Below, piece by piece: positions 1 through 10,157 of a stretch of DNA of 61,587 bases. The translations under genes were made by a program, and so were the position numbers. Within the stretch, counting starts at the first letter, position 1. Every line of letters starts with the position of its first letter. The stretch lies in the IMG/VR virus record IMGVR_UViG_3300043395_002060, positions 1 to 61,587 of that record. One strand, 5' to 3'. The notes beneath the pieces were generated by a model. That model was not told the origin of the DNA. It searched no databases and worked only from the letters and a program-made list of their open reading frames with translations. Source of the stretch: a virus. Its lineage: Duplodnaviria; Caudoviricetes.

Positions 1-78
1 CTCATCTCTACCTGCGTTTTGTTCAGGTTGTTGTAGGTAGATACTGGCATCGTATGATGATGTGAAAAATTTATGCAT
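1..78 (-). CDS. 5' end of next structural-module gene, truncated by window (MHKFFTSSYDASIYLQQPEQNAGRDE...)
   Basis: ATG at 78, just after the stop of the 80..2104 gene; frame open to the window edge. Confidence 0.6.
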   Translation of the reverse strand, partial: MHKFFTSSYDASIYLQQPEQNAGRDE

Positions 79-79
79 A

Positions 80-2104
80 TTATAAAGCTCTTCCTTTTAT
101 ATCTTTGTTAGGGTATTTTACTTCGAATATAGATGGGTCTAAAGATGGATATACTATCTTACCTTTAGTTGCTGCTTCTATATTATATTTGTTTGGTGAA
201 TAATTGCCATCTCCGGCACATAAATTATGTATTTTAACGGATGGAACACTCATTACACCTTCTACATTTGCCAATATTAATTCTATTTCGGAAATATTGA
301 TTGTTTTATTAAATGTCCAATTATCTATTTCAAAATACGATTGTAATTCTGCTAAACAAGCTGATAATACTTCTGATTTATTATAATTCTGATAGCAAAT
401 CACTTCAAAATCAACACCAATATTTACAATGAATCCATCGATAATATTAACACCATCGGTAATCATTCTATATTCACCTAAATAAGTTTTTAAGTTTTGT
501 TTTATAGCTTGATTCAATGTTGTTAATTTTTTATTACCATCATACCCCAATACATACATATTGATTGCAAATGGATTATTTATTTCAGATAGCGATGTTT
601 TCTTTTGTGTAAGATATTTTACCAATTCTTTTTGAATATCTTGCTTTGAACTTCCTTTTAATTCATCTACTATATTTACAAACTCTGCAATATTTTGTGG
701 AGATGCTAATATAGATGCAGGTGAATTATTATCTATTTCTCCATCAGGCGAAACATATACTTTTGCAACACTACCATATCTTTCTGGCATTGATAAAGCT
801 CTTACAACATAATCTTGTCTTGTAACTGCTCTATTTTGAGAACCAAACATTGCTATTGCGTTTTGTCTGATTTCTTCAATTGATTCAGCCCCTCTACCAC
901 CAACTGCTGCTTCTAAATTTTCAACAGCCACAGTTCCTTTGGTTGCTCCATATAGTGGTAATAAATTTTCTGGCATAGATAATAAATCTTCAGAAAACTC
1001 TATGTTTCTTATATTAGTTAAATCACCTTGATTAACATTTGATTCAATCCCACCGCCAATCAAATATTCTATGTTTAAAGTTTCACCGGTTGGTGCTACT
1101 CCAAATGTATTTGTTTTTAGGAAATTAGATGGGTCTATTCCTTCGTTCAATCTATTAATAGAATGTGCTAACCCTAAACCAATATTTTTAGTATTGGGTA
1201 AAATGGTTTCATCTGGCATAGCGTTATTACCACTACCAAATTGTAAATCCATTGTATTATCAGAGTTTACTTTTACTGAAAATCTATTAGGAACTTTTTG
1301 AACTTCTAAAATATATGGAACTGATTCAGAATAGTTTGATAATTCACTTTTAGATTCTATATTAGGTTGTTCTACAAAAATACTTTCTTGTGCTAAATAA
1401 GGAACTTCATACCATTTAACGGCGCCACCATCAGATGTTACAGATGTTATAGAAATTATGTTTGTATCATCTAATGTAGTTGTTACATATTCTTCGTAAT
1501 CAGAAGAAAATGAAACAGTCTTATTAACTTTTCTTGCTGATATTGCCTTTACTTTTTTAGTAACTAAATATCTCGTAGGTGCTCCTGTTGTAGCATCTCT
1601 TTCATATACATCGATTTCTCTATCAGTTGTATTTGCGAAATCAACATCATCGGTTGTAATAAATGATACATTTGAATTAGAAGTTGATTCTACAACAAGT
1701 CCACTTTTTATCTTTAATAAAAACCTAGTATCAATTGTATAATCAGGTGCAGAGCCGGCAGGAACTAATTGATAAATAGTTAATGTAACTACCGCAGGTG
1801 ATGTTACTTTTGGTTTATATCCCATCGATTGTGCTAATGCCATAACATTCTTACGTTCCGTGGCATGAGACAACATCGATTCTTTTAATTGAGTGTCTTG
1901 GTAAAATGAAAGAATATCACCAATGGCAGCCGCTTGTTCAACGAACACCATACCTGGCGATGCTTCATTGAAATCCGAATAACTATTTGGGAAATATGTT
2001 TTAGTAAAATCAATAAGATTTTGTTTGAAAGATTCGAAGTCCTTTCCAACGTAATTTATATTCTTACTACTACCAAATGTCTTTTTTACAGGTTTAATTG
2101 CCAT
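80..2104 (-). CDS. baseplate wedge subunit (T4 gp6 / baseplate J-like)
   Basis: N-terminal KDFESFKQNL..YSDFNEASPG, GYKPK, FGSG, GG..AESIEEIRQNA...QNRAVTRQDY motifs typical of gp6-like wedge proteins. Confidence 0.9.
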   Translation of the reverse strand: MAIKPVKKTFGSSKNINYVGKDFESFKQNLIDFTKTYFPNSYSDFNEASPGMVFVEQAAAIGDILSFYQDTQLKESMLSHATERKNVMALAQSMGYKPKVTSPAVVTLTIYQLVPAGSAPDYTIDTRFLLKIKSGLVVESTSNSNVSFITTDDVDFANTTDREIDVYERDATTGAPTRYLVTKKVKAISARKVNKTVSFSSDYEEYVTTTLDDTNIISITSVTSDGGAVKWYEVPYLAQESIFVEQPNIESKSELSNYSESVPYILEVQKVPNRFSVKVNSDNTMDLQFGSGNNAMPDETILPNTKNIGLGLAHSINRLNEGIDPSNFLKTNTFGVAPTGETLNIEYLIGGGIESNVNQGDLTNIRNIEFSEDLLSMPENLLPLYGATKGTVAVENLEAAVGGRGAESIEEIRQNAIAMFGSQNRAVTRQDYVVRALSMPERYGSVAKVYVSPDGEIDNNSPASILASPQNIAEFVNIVDELKGSSKQDIQKELVKYLTQKKTSLSEINNPFAINMYVLGYDGNKKLTTLNQAIKQNLKTYLGEYRMITDGVNIIDGFIVNIGVDFEVICYQNYNKSEVLSACLAELQSYFEIDNWTFNKTINISEIELILANVEGVMSVPSVKIHNLCAGDGNYSPNKYNIEAATKGKIVYPSLDPSIFEVKYPNKDIKGRAL

Positions 2105-2105
2105 T

Positions 2106-2540
2106 TTATTTTGTTATATTAATTTGTATCGATTCTGATAAATTTGGGTTTGATACCAATGAAAACTTTATGTCTAAAGCTATTTTATTTGTATCAATAT
2201 CATTTTCATCATAATCAAATATAATTGTATCGATATTCAAATATGGCAACCAAGTTGATACTGCATTAACTATTGCATTTTCAATAGATTGTTCTATCCC
2301 ATCGGTTATTTGTTCAAACAACACCTTCCAAACATCACAACCAAATTCAGGTTGCATCATTCTTTCACCTTTTTTAGTCAATATCAGATTTTTTAAATTA
2401 TCTGATGCTTGTTGTAAAGTTGTATAGTTTGTTGCAAAGATACCATTAGAATCAGAACGTTTATTTATTCCAATCCCTAATACTTTGTAATCATTTTCCG
2501 TTAAATCGGTTACTTTAACTTTACCAAGCTCTATTGCCAT
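2106..2540 (-). CDS. baseplate wedge protein gp25/GPW-like
   Basis: NLKNLILTKKGERMMQPEFGC..LFE motif; adjacent to gp6-like gene. Confidence 0.92.
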   Translation of the reverse strand: MAIELGKVKVTDLTENDYKVLGIGINKRSDSNGIFATNYTTLQQASDNLKNLILTKKGERMMQPEFGCDVWKVLFEQITDGIEQSIENAIVNAVSTWLPYLNIDTIIFDYDENDIDTNKIALDIKFSLVSNPNLSESIQINITK

Positions 2541-2541
2541 A

Positions 2542-3060
2542 TTATCTTAATCCTTTATCTTTTTCTTGCTGTGAAAAAACTTTCGTTAAATCACTATAAT
2601 CTCTACTCAATGCTTTTTGAATAGCATCCAACCCAGCGTTTCCTGTTGATGGTATATTTTGTGGAACACTATTCATTCTATAATCCATTGTATCCCACCC
2701 ATCTTCTTCATATTGTGTAGGTTGCATCATATCCAATATAGAATTTTCTTCCATCATTCCTACATCAGTTCTTTGCTCTGCACTAAATGGAGTTGTCATA
2801 TTCAACACTTCGTTCAACATAGGATTCGATGTATATTCCTTCATTTGTTGAGGTCTTTGCTGTTGTATGGGTTGTTGCTTTCTAACTGGCTGTGCCGCAA
2901 TTTCTGTCATCTCTCTCAATGTTGGAGATGTTGTTTTCTTTTGTGAGTTTAATGTAACTGCACCGGATTTTATCATTTTTGCCAATTCTTCTTTGACTTG
3001 CTGCTTAACTTCACGTTGAACAACCTCTTTGATTAATCCGACTAATAATTTTGAATCCAT
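2542..3060 (-). CDS. hypothetical protein (structural module)
   Basis: 172-aa ORF tightly packed; ATATTTAT motif upstream. Confidence 0.7.
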   Translation of the reverse strand: MDSKLLVGLIKEVVQREVKQQVKEELAKMIKSGAVTLNSQKKTTSPTLREMTEIAAQPVRKQQPIQQQRPQQMKEYTSNPMLNEVLNMTTPFSAEQRTDVGMMEENSILDMMQPTQYEEDGWDTMDYRMNSVPQNIPSTGNAGLDAIQKALSRDYSDLTKVFSQQEKDKGLR

Positions 3061-3099
3061 AATTATGTTATTTTATAATAAATATTGAAAGTTTGTATT

Positions 3100-4344
3100 T
3101 TATCCTACGATTGTATATCCACTCCAATTGATAATAGCCGGAGCGGGTGGCGCTGGTGGTGGATATTGAGCTATAACACTCATAGTTCCGCCTGTACCCA
3201 TTAAATGTTGTTGTGCTGCATTTATAAAAGGACCTAATAATATATTCGATGGAATTGTAAATAAAATAGTTGGTGGAATAAAATTGATATATGGTATATC
3301 GGGTATTTTATCTTTAATAGCATCGTATGCCATTGCTTTTATTTCTTCTTCTGTTGGTAATTGTTCTTCTATTTGTTTTTTTAATTCCTCTTTTGTTGGT
3401 ATCTTTGGAATAGAAATGTCAGGCAATTCTATATCAGGCTTAACACCATCTATTGTATCTTTAACAAATTTTTTAATCTGTTCTTTTGTAGGTTTTGGAT
3501 TTGGAATAGATTCGGAAGCGTTTATAGCAACTTGTATTATAGCCAATATTGGTTGCAATATAATTTCTTCTATTGGTTTTATGAGTTGTTCTTTGATAAC
3601 TTTTACAGCCTCCTCTAATAATTTATTTTTTGCTTCTTCTATTAATTTTTGTCTATCAGGTAATTTCGGAAAAGGAATTTTAATAGATTTTTTTATTTGT
3701 GAGCCAGTTGATGGTTTTTTCTTTTTAGCTTCTTTTAGTTTTCTGATAATTTCAACCGCCGCTTTAATAATTGGATTATCTTTCAAATTACTATCAACCG
3801 GTTCTTTGTTTATTATTTTTTGTGCAGTTTCATATACCGGAATAGTTAATTCTGACAAAGGTGGTATTGCAGGTAGTGTTATGGTTTGCTTTTTTAATTC
3901 ATCTTCCAAAACTTTCATAGCTTCTACTTCTGCTTTATGAATAGCTGCCGATGTGGTTAATTGTATCGGATTTGGTCCAATATTCATAACAGCTCCTGGA
4001 GCAGGTGGTGTGGTTTGCCATCCACCGGGTCTCAATATTGGATTGGGAATTGGTGCCATTTCGGCACCCATCCAATATGCTTCAAATGCAGCCGGGCATA
4101 TTTCTTCTAATAGATTAAAATTAGAACCTTTTAATGCTATACCTTTTTTCATTGCATTTGCAATAACTTCAGCCATACCATTTACATTCCCATTTATTAC
4201 GGGAACTCCGTTCATCATATCGCCACCTCTTTTTATACAAGCATCATATTCTTCGGCATAAAAACGAGCAAACCCTTCAACATCAAATGCATATTTGAAG
4301 GATATCATTGCGTTTAAAACATTTAATCCGAATATTGTCCACAT
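3100..4344 (-). CDS. hypothetical Pro/Lys-rich virion-associated protein
   Basis: 414-aa ORF between spike-like and wedge genes. Confidence 0.65.
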   Translation of the reverse strand: MWTIFGLNVLNAMISFKYAFDVEGFARFYAEEYDACIKRGGDMMNGVPVINGNVNGMAEVIANAMKKGIALKGSNFNLLEEICPAAFEAYWMGAEMAPIPNPILRPGGWQTTPPAPGAVMNIGPNPIQLTTSAAIHKAEVEAMKVLEDELKKQTITLPAIPPLSELTIPVYETAQKIINKEPVDSNLKDNPIIKAAVEIIRKLKEAKKKKPSTGSQIKKSIKIPFPKLPDRQKLIEEAKNKLLEEAVKVIKEQLIKPIEEIILQPILAIIQVAINASESIPNPKPTKEQIKKFVKDTIDGVKPDIELPDISIPKIPTKEELKKQIEEQLPTEEEIKAMAYDAIKDKIPDIPYINFIPPTILFTIPSNILLGPFINAAQQHLMGTGGTMSVIAQYPPPAPPAPAIINWSGYTIVG

Positions 4345-5568
4345 TTATGATTTACTTAAATAATTTTTAGCAGATAGTAAAGTATTTAATTTACCTTTTA
4401 TAGCTTTAAATGCTGGAATATTTACAGGACCAGTTGATGTTGGCCCACAAGGAGTAGCATATACTTGCTTTGTTATTTCATCTATTAACTCTCCCATTAA
4501 TTTTACTAATTCACCACCCAATACCATCTTTTGTACATCCGCACCAGCTCCTCCCTCACCTTTGTTTTTTCCTAAATAAACTTTACCATTTTCGGAATTA
4601 AGGAATATCTGATTAGCTCCTTTGGAATGAATGGTTACGTTATTATTGGTATGTAGGTAAATATCTTTTGCAGCATCTATTGAATATTGTCCATCAGTTA
4701 TAACACCGGTATTACCTTTACCAAATATGATAAATTCTTTTGCTTTAGCTGATAGTATTATTCTATCCGAATTTACCCAAAGTTGGTCACCACTCAAATC
4801 TTTTGAGTTTGGGTAATTTTTGAATGCTTTTTTTTCCTTTTTAATTGTTTCTTTGAATGGAACTTTTATTTTATTAGATGTAATATAGATTGATGTACCA
4901 TCTTTATTAATATCTTCTTCAACCAAAGTACCAATTGGTTTTAAATCCAATTCAGGGTTTTGCTTATTACGAATGAATATACCGGAAGATGCTGTTTTAC
5001 CATCTTCTGTTAAAAAGAATTCGGAAAATCTAATTGTATTACCAACTCTACCCTGAATAATAGTATCTCCTTCTTTTGGTTTTAAAAATTTAATTTTTTC
5101 ATTTACCTTATATTCATTCTTATCATCTTTCTTTTTATCAGAACTTTGTCCACCCGTTTTTGCAGTGTTTGCCATAGATGAACCACCACCACCGCCTTCT
5201 GCTTTAACACCATCTACTAATTCTGTATTTTTATAAGTAATATAATCTCTTCTATATGAAGTGTATGGACTGATTGTATATGGAAGCCAAAATATATTAT
5301 TTTCATCAATTTCCATTATAATTACAGTCTCTCCTTTAATTGGCATTGTAAAATTATTCTTATCGAATGGATAAGCATAATATTCGGTAGTCATACCTTC
5401 ATAATGAAATGTTATAGCACCATAGAATCTGGCATCCTTATCTCCAAAATCCTCATTCTTATTATAAATTGGAATATAATCGGATTCCTCACCTTTTTTA
5501 TAAGGTAGTAAATCATCCGTTATTGGATAAACAGTGTGTACAGTTGCTAAAAAAGATTTTATCTCCAT
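4345..5568 (-). CDS. baseplate hub/spike protein (gp5/gpV-like)
   Basis: PIKGETV OB-fold-like motif, EGDTIIQGRVGNTIRF, beta-helix-like repeats, C-terminal TPCGPTSTGP. Confidence 0.65.
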   Translation of the reverse strand: MEIKSFLATVHTVYPITDDLLPYKKGEESDYIPIYNKNEDFGDKDARFYGAITFHYEGMTTEYYAYPFDKNNFTMPIKGETVIIMEIDENNIFWLPYTISPYTSYRRDYITYKNTELVDGVKAEGGGGGSSMANTAKTGGQSSDKKKDDKNEYKVNEKIKFLKPKEGDTIIQGRVGNTIRFSEFFLTEDGKTASSGIFIRNKQNPELDLKPIGTLVEEDINKDGTSIYITSNKIKVPFKETIKKEKKAFKNYPNSKDLSGDQLWVNSDRIILSAKAKEFIIFGKGNTGVITDGQYSIDAAKDIYLHTNNNVTIHSKGANQIFLNSENGKVYLGKNKGEGGAGADVQKMVLGGELVKLMGELIDEITKQVYATPCGPTSTGPVNIPAFKAIKGKLNTLLSAKNYLSKS

Positions 5569-5975
5569 TACTTTACTTTTTCTTTTATCTCTTCGATTTC
5601 AATTTGAATATCGGTTAGTTTTTCATCTGCTTTTTTTTCAACCTCACTAATAGTATCTTCCAAATCAGTTAATAATTGAGCTTTTTCACTTTCACTTAAC
5701 CAACCATCTTCTCCAATACCCTTAGCTTCAGCTGCTGCTAATCTTTGTGCAATTGTTGCAAGTTTAATTAAGTGGTCATCATTTTTAATTGATGCATCAA
5801 TAAGGTCTTTGATAATTGGAGCAATAACAGTTGCTTCACCAACATTTTTAATTAATTTACGAAGAGATTCAATCATTTCTGAAATATTCTTCTTTTTGTT
5901 TTGTTGGTTTTCATATATATCTTTAAACAATGATGATAGATTTTTACCATCAAATAATTGAAATTCGTTTGCCAT
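5568..5975 (-). CDS. hypothetical helical protein
   Basis: 135-aa ORF, translationally coupled. Confidence 0.7.
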   Translation of the reverse strand: MANEFQLFDGKNLSSLFKDIYENQQNKKKNISEMIESLRKLIKNVGEATVIAPIIKDLIDASIKNDDHLIKLATIAQRLAAAEAKGIGEDGWLSESEKAQLLTDLEDTISEVEKKADEKLTDIQIEIEEIKEKVK

Positions 5976-6751
5976 TATATTAATTTGTTTCCTACTATAT
6001 AATTATAAAGTTCTTCACTTATTAGTTTATAACCATCTTTATTAGGGTGTTGTGTTGCTCTAGTATCATATGTAGCATCTTGATATTCCCAAATATCCAA
6101 TCTATTTGTTTTAATTAGAAATTCTCTAAAAGTTTGTTTATTAAATTTCCAATAATAAGTTTTATCTATATTATCGGTAACATCATCTTTTTTATGTAAA
6201 TCAATAAGCATGTTTTCAATACTATCACACATTACATATTTTATGTTATATGATTCAAACAATTTTTGTAAAAAAATTATATAATTTTGATTAACAATAT
6301 TATAATAATTTTGATTAAACAATTCTGCTATAAAAAGATTTTTAAAATCTATTAAGAAATCGTTGTATTTATCATTGTTACTTCTAAATGAGTTTACAAA
6401 TTTTTCCGGCGTTTGTATTAAATGTTTGACACTCCAACTAACCCATTCTCCTTTTGGTAAAAACGGGACATAATCTCTTAAAGATGAACTCCACATAACA
6501 ACAACTAAATCATCTTCTCTTATTCTACCATCTTGCACATCAGTTACAATTTGATTAAATATTTTATTATTAGCATTTCCACTAATACCATTATTGTGAT
6601 GCGATACACCCAATTTATCAGCTAAATACTTTGGCCAAGAATGATTGTTTCTGAATAATCTCTTATCATCTCTATCGGTTAGGGTTCTTTCTATTTCTAT
6701 TTCTGCTCCTTCACCTTCTGTCCAACTACATCCGTATGTGTGTAAAATCAT
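5975..6751 (-). CDS. SGNH/GDSL-like protein
   Basis: GCSWTEG, NNGISGNAN and C-terminal HPNKDGY blocks. Confidence 0.7.
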   Translation of the reverse strand: MILHTYGCSWTEGEGAEIEIERTLTDRDDKRLFRNNHSWPKYLADKLGVSHHNNGISGNANNKIFNQIVTDVQDGRIREDDLVVVMWSSSLRDYVPFLPKGEWVSWSVKHLIQTPEKFVNSFRSNNDKYNDFLIDFKNLFIAELFNQNYYNIVNQNYIIFLQKLFESYNIKYVMCDSIENMLIDLHKKDDVTDNIDKTYYWKFNKQTFREFLIKTNRLDIWEYQDATYDTRATQHPNKDGYKLISEELYNYIVGNKLI

Positions 6752-8445
6752 GCTTTTTTAATTAAATAATTACCTAATACCAAATAATCCATATCACAAT
6801 TTTTGAATGTCCAAATTGCTTTATGTGGGTCATTTGTCATCGTATGTCCTCTTAAATTAAATGATGTATTTAATAAAATGGGAGTGCCACTTATCTTTTC
6901 AAATTCTTTTAATAATGTATGATATAATGGATTTTGTTCTTTTCTAACAGTTTGAATTCTTGCTGAATTATCAACGTGAGTTACTGATGGAATACTTTTA
7001 TATTTGGTAACTTGCACCACTTGATTCATATATGGAACTTCTCCTTCTGAACTAAAATATTTTGTATAATCTTCAATTGTTACCGATGGAGCAAATGGTC
7101 TAAACATTTCTCGTTTCTTAACAACTCTATTAATTCTATCCCTTACATCAGGTAAATGTGGGTTGGCTAATATAGAACGATTGCCTAAAGCTCTTGCACC
7201 AAATTCGGTTCTACCTTGAAACCATCCAACAACTGCTCCATCATTTATTAATTGCGCAACTTCTTTACATAATTTAGAATCATTTTTAATTAATTCTATT
7301 TTTAGTTTTTTATGTTTAGAAATAATATCAAACAATTTAGAATCATTCCATTCCGGTCCTAAATATGGAGATTGGTTATCTCCATTTGGTTTTTTATTAT
7401 GACCTAATACATTATGATATTGATATAGACAAGCGCCAATAGCAGAACCGGCATCGGATGGTGCAGGTGGAATCCATACATTTTTAACCGCCGAATGTTT
7501 CATAATTTTACCATTAGCAGTTCCATTATATGCACAACCACCACTCAATACTAAATTGTGATTATTAGATTGATGAATACAATGATTCACTAAAAAATAA
7601 AATTGAGATTCATACCATCTTTGTAAAGCCGCTGCTAAATCCATATGATGTTGTTCTATATCGGATTCAGGCGTACGTGGTTCGAATCCAATTAGATTGG
7701 CAAGTTTGATATTAAACATAGTTTTATCCGAATATTCCCATTCAAATAAACTCATATTGATATTAATCAATTTTTCAAAATCCAATGATGATATTTTTTC
7801 AAATACATCTCTATATTTCATATAATCACCATATGGTGCTAATCCCATTACTTTATATTCACCACCATTTGGTTTGAAACCCAAATATGCAGTTATAGCT
7901 GAATATACTAATCCCAATGAGTGTGGAAACTTTAATGATTTTATAAATCTGAATTCATTGTTATCACAGCTAACCGCATACATCGTATCCCATTCTCCAA
8001 CACCATCAATTGATATCGCTACCGATTCATCGTATGGTGATGTATAGTGTGCATAAGCTATATGAGAAAGATGATGCTTTGTATAGGTTATAACTCCATT
8101 ATATCCAATCATTTTTAATTTGTTTTGAATATCACCTTCGGTTTCAGCCCATCTTTTTTTAAATTCTTTCCATTGCTTTGGATATCTAAATCCAAACCAT
8201 TTACCAACGGTCTTTTTAACTCTATCGTATTTTACATCGGGTTCTTCATACCAACATACCATATCAACTTCATCTATTGTGATATGCGCATACTCTAATA
8301 CCCACTCTATTGCCTTAAACGGAAAAGAACTATCGTGCTTAATGCCCGATAGTTTCTCTTCTTCTATTGCTGCTACAACCTTACCATCTATAACTAAAGC
8401 TGCTGCTGAATCGTGGTAAAATCCCGATAATCCTAATTGAATCAT
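6748..8445 (-). CDS. carbamoyltransferase (NodU/CmcH/TobZ family)
   Basis: HDSAAAL, HHLSH, DGVGE, EYKVMGLAPYG, EFGARALGNRSILA, KKREMFRPFAP, LNTSFN motifs. Confidence 0.95.
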   Translation of the reverse strand: MIQLGLSGFYHDSAAALVIDGKVVAAIEEEKLSGIKHDSSFPFKAIEWVLEYAHITIDEVDMVCWYEEPDVKYDRVKKTVGKWFGFRYPKQWKEFKKRWAETEGDIQNKLKMIGYNGVITYTKHHLSHIAYAHYTSPYDESVAISIDGVGEWDTMYAVSCDNNEFRFIKSLKFPHSLGLVYSAITAYLGFKPNGGEYKVMGLAPYGDYMKYRDVFEKISSLDFEKLININMSLFEWEYSDKTMFNIKLANLIGFEPRTPESDIEQHHMDLAAALQRWYESQFYFLVNHCIHQSNNHNLVLSGGCAYNGTANGKIMKHSAVKNVWIPPAPSDAGSAIGACLYQYHNVLGHNKKPNGDNQSPYLGPEWNDSKLFDIISKHKKLKIELIKNDSKLCKEVAQLINDGAVVGWFQGRTEFGARALGNRSILANPHLPDVRDRINRVVKKREMFRPFAPSVTIEDYTKYFSSEGEVPYMNQVVQVTKYKSIPSVTHVDNSARIQTVRKEQNPLYHTLLKEFEKISGTPILLNTSFNLRGHTMTNDPHKAIWTFKNCDMDYLVLGNYLIKKA

Positions 8446-8448
8446 AAA

Positions 8449-9138
8449 TTAAATTTTTATATCACCATATACATCAAATTCATTATATAAATCCATTTGC
8501 TTTTCTTTCATTTTGTTTACAACTTTGGTTATATAATGAGTTGGAAATCCTGTCATCTCTCTAATAAGTAGGTATAAAGATTTTTTATTGAAACTTTCGA
8601 TGTAATTTGCTCTTCTAAATAATTCCAAAACCGCATCTGCTATTTGCATATCTCGTTTCTTTGGAAAATGGTTTTCTAAATGAACATCCCAATATGCCAA
8701 CATTCTTTCATTAAAAGTTCTATGTTCTTCGTTTCTAGTCTCTTCTGCCCAATTATTTTCAGTATCCCAATTTTCTGGCATAGATGACATTACATCCGTA
8801 TCTTTATATCTTTTATAATTTGCATTATTATTTAAAATAAGATAATTTCTTGCAACAATTGTAAAATAAGAGAATGCTTTACCTTTACCCTCTTGGTACA
8901 TATGAATCTTCTCAATCATAAATGCAACAACCTCTGCCATAACATCTTGTGGGTCATCATCGAAATAAGAGAATTTCCATTTGTTATAAACGATTTCAGC
9001 TAATTTTTCAAATGAATGCTGAATTCTATCTTTGTATATCTTATTTCTTACTAATTGTTCGGTTGCTTTGTTGTATTCTATGATGGCATCTTCGGTATCC
9101 TTCGTAAAATACATTCTTGGGACTCTTTTTCTAGGCAT
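8449..9138 (-). CDS. putative phage sigma factor (late, gp55-like)
   Basis: region 2-like KIHMYQEGKGKAFSYFTIVARN. Confidence 0.6.
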   Translation of the reverse strand: MPRKRVPRMYFTKDTEDAIIEYNKATEQLVRNKIYKDRIQHSFEKLAEIVYNKWKFSYFDDDPQDVMAEVVAFMIEKIHMYQEGKGKAFSYFTIVARNYLILNNNANYKRYKDTDVMSSMPENWDTENNWAEETRNEEHRTFNERMLAYWDVHLENHFPKKRDMQIADAVLELFRRANYIESFNKKSLYLLIREMTGFPTHYITKVVNKMKEKQMDLYNEFDVYGDIKI

Positions 9139-9382
9139 TTTCGTTAAAATCTTTGAATTGAATGATTGTGTTACTTATTTGATTAAATAAAGAACCTACT
9201 TCATCATCCTTCTCAAACATTTGTGCATTATCAATTTTGCGCAAAGTCTCCAGTAATGTTTGGTTATTAATTTCTTGCTCTTCTATAAACTCTTCGTATT
9301 TTTCTAATTTATTAAATAAATTAACTATTGTATAACCAGCTGCTATCAATAATACGATTAAAAAAATAATTATAATTTCCAT
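9131..9382 (-). CDS. small single-TM protein
   Basis: hydrophobic N-terminus followed by coiled coil. Confidence 0.65.
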   Translation of the reverse strand: MEIIIIFLIVLLIAAGYTIVNLFNKLEKYEEFIEEQEINNQTLLETLRKIDNAQMFEKDDEVGSLFNQISNTIIQFKDFNENA

Positions 9383-9383
9383 A

Positions 9384-10022
9384 TTAAGCTATTTCATATC
9401 CTTGTAAATAATATTTATTGGCGTTCTTATATTTAATCTCCACCAACTCTCCTTCAGGCGATTTCATTACAATTTTATCATTTCTACCATAAGATTGCTT
9501 TTTAACAATTTGAGTAGAATAAACTCTATCCTTAATAGTAATTCCATCTAAATGGTCAATCTCATGCTGAGCGATTACAGTCAACATTGTTTCATCCGAA
9601 ATCTGACCATCCAACTCTCTATCCTTTTCTGGGTTTACACTAAATGTAATTTCTCCCAAATTATCAGTTTGGACAGTAATTGATGTTGAACGAATTGTTC
9701 TCAATGGTTTTTCAACAGTTTTTGGAATTGATAAACATCCTTCATAAAATAAAAACCCTTCATTAGAACGATTTACAATTGTAGGGTTTAAAAGGTATAA
9801 TTCAGTATCATTATATTTGATAACACATGCTCTTTTATTTAAACCTAATTGATTTGCTGATAGCCCCAATCCACCCATTCCTTCCAATGCGGCAAATAAT
9901 GTTTTTTGTAAAATATCCGATTCCATTTGATTTAGTTCGGATTTTGGAACGGGATTTTTAAGATGTTTGTTAAAATCGGGATTTGGCATTCCTGTTGATG
10001 TTCTGTCTGTAATTAATTTCAT
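9384..10022 (-). CDS. def: peptide deformylase with C-terminal SecA-tail-like extension
   Basis: GLGLSANQLG, EGCLS and QHEIDHLDG catalytic motifs. Confidence 0.95.
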   Translation of the reverse strand: MKLITDRTSTGMPNPDFNKHLKNPVPKSELNQMESDILQKTLFAALEGMGGLGLSANQLGLNKRACVIKYNDTELYLLNPTIVNRSNEGFLFYEGCLSIPKTVEKPLRTIRSTSITVQTDNLGEITFSVNPEKDRELDGQISDETMLTVIAQHEIDHLDGITIKDRVYSTQIVKKQSYGRNDKIVMKSPEGELVEIKYKNANKYYLQGYEIA

Positions 10023-10157
10023 AACTTTATTTGTAATTAAAATAATAATTCATATACTACTACTCCCAATAATGAGATTAAAGCTCCAATAATTCCTATT
10101 GATGCTAAATCATATGAATCTTTCATTTGTTGTTTTGTTTTTCCTTGATTTTCCATT

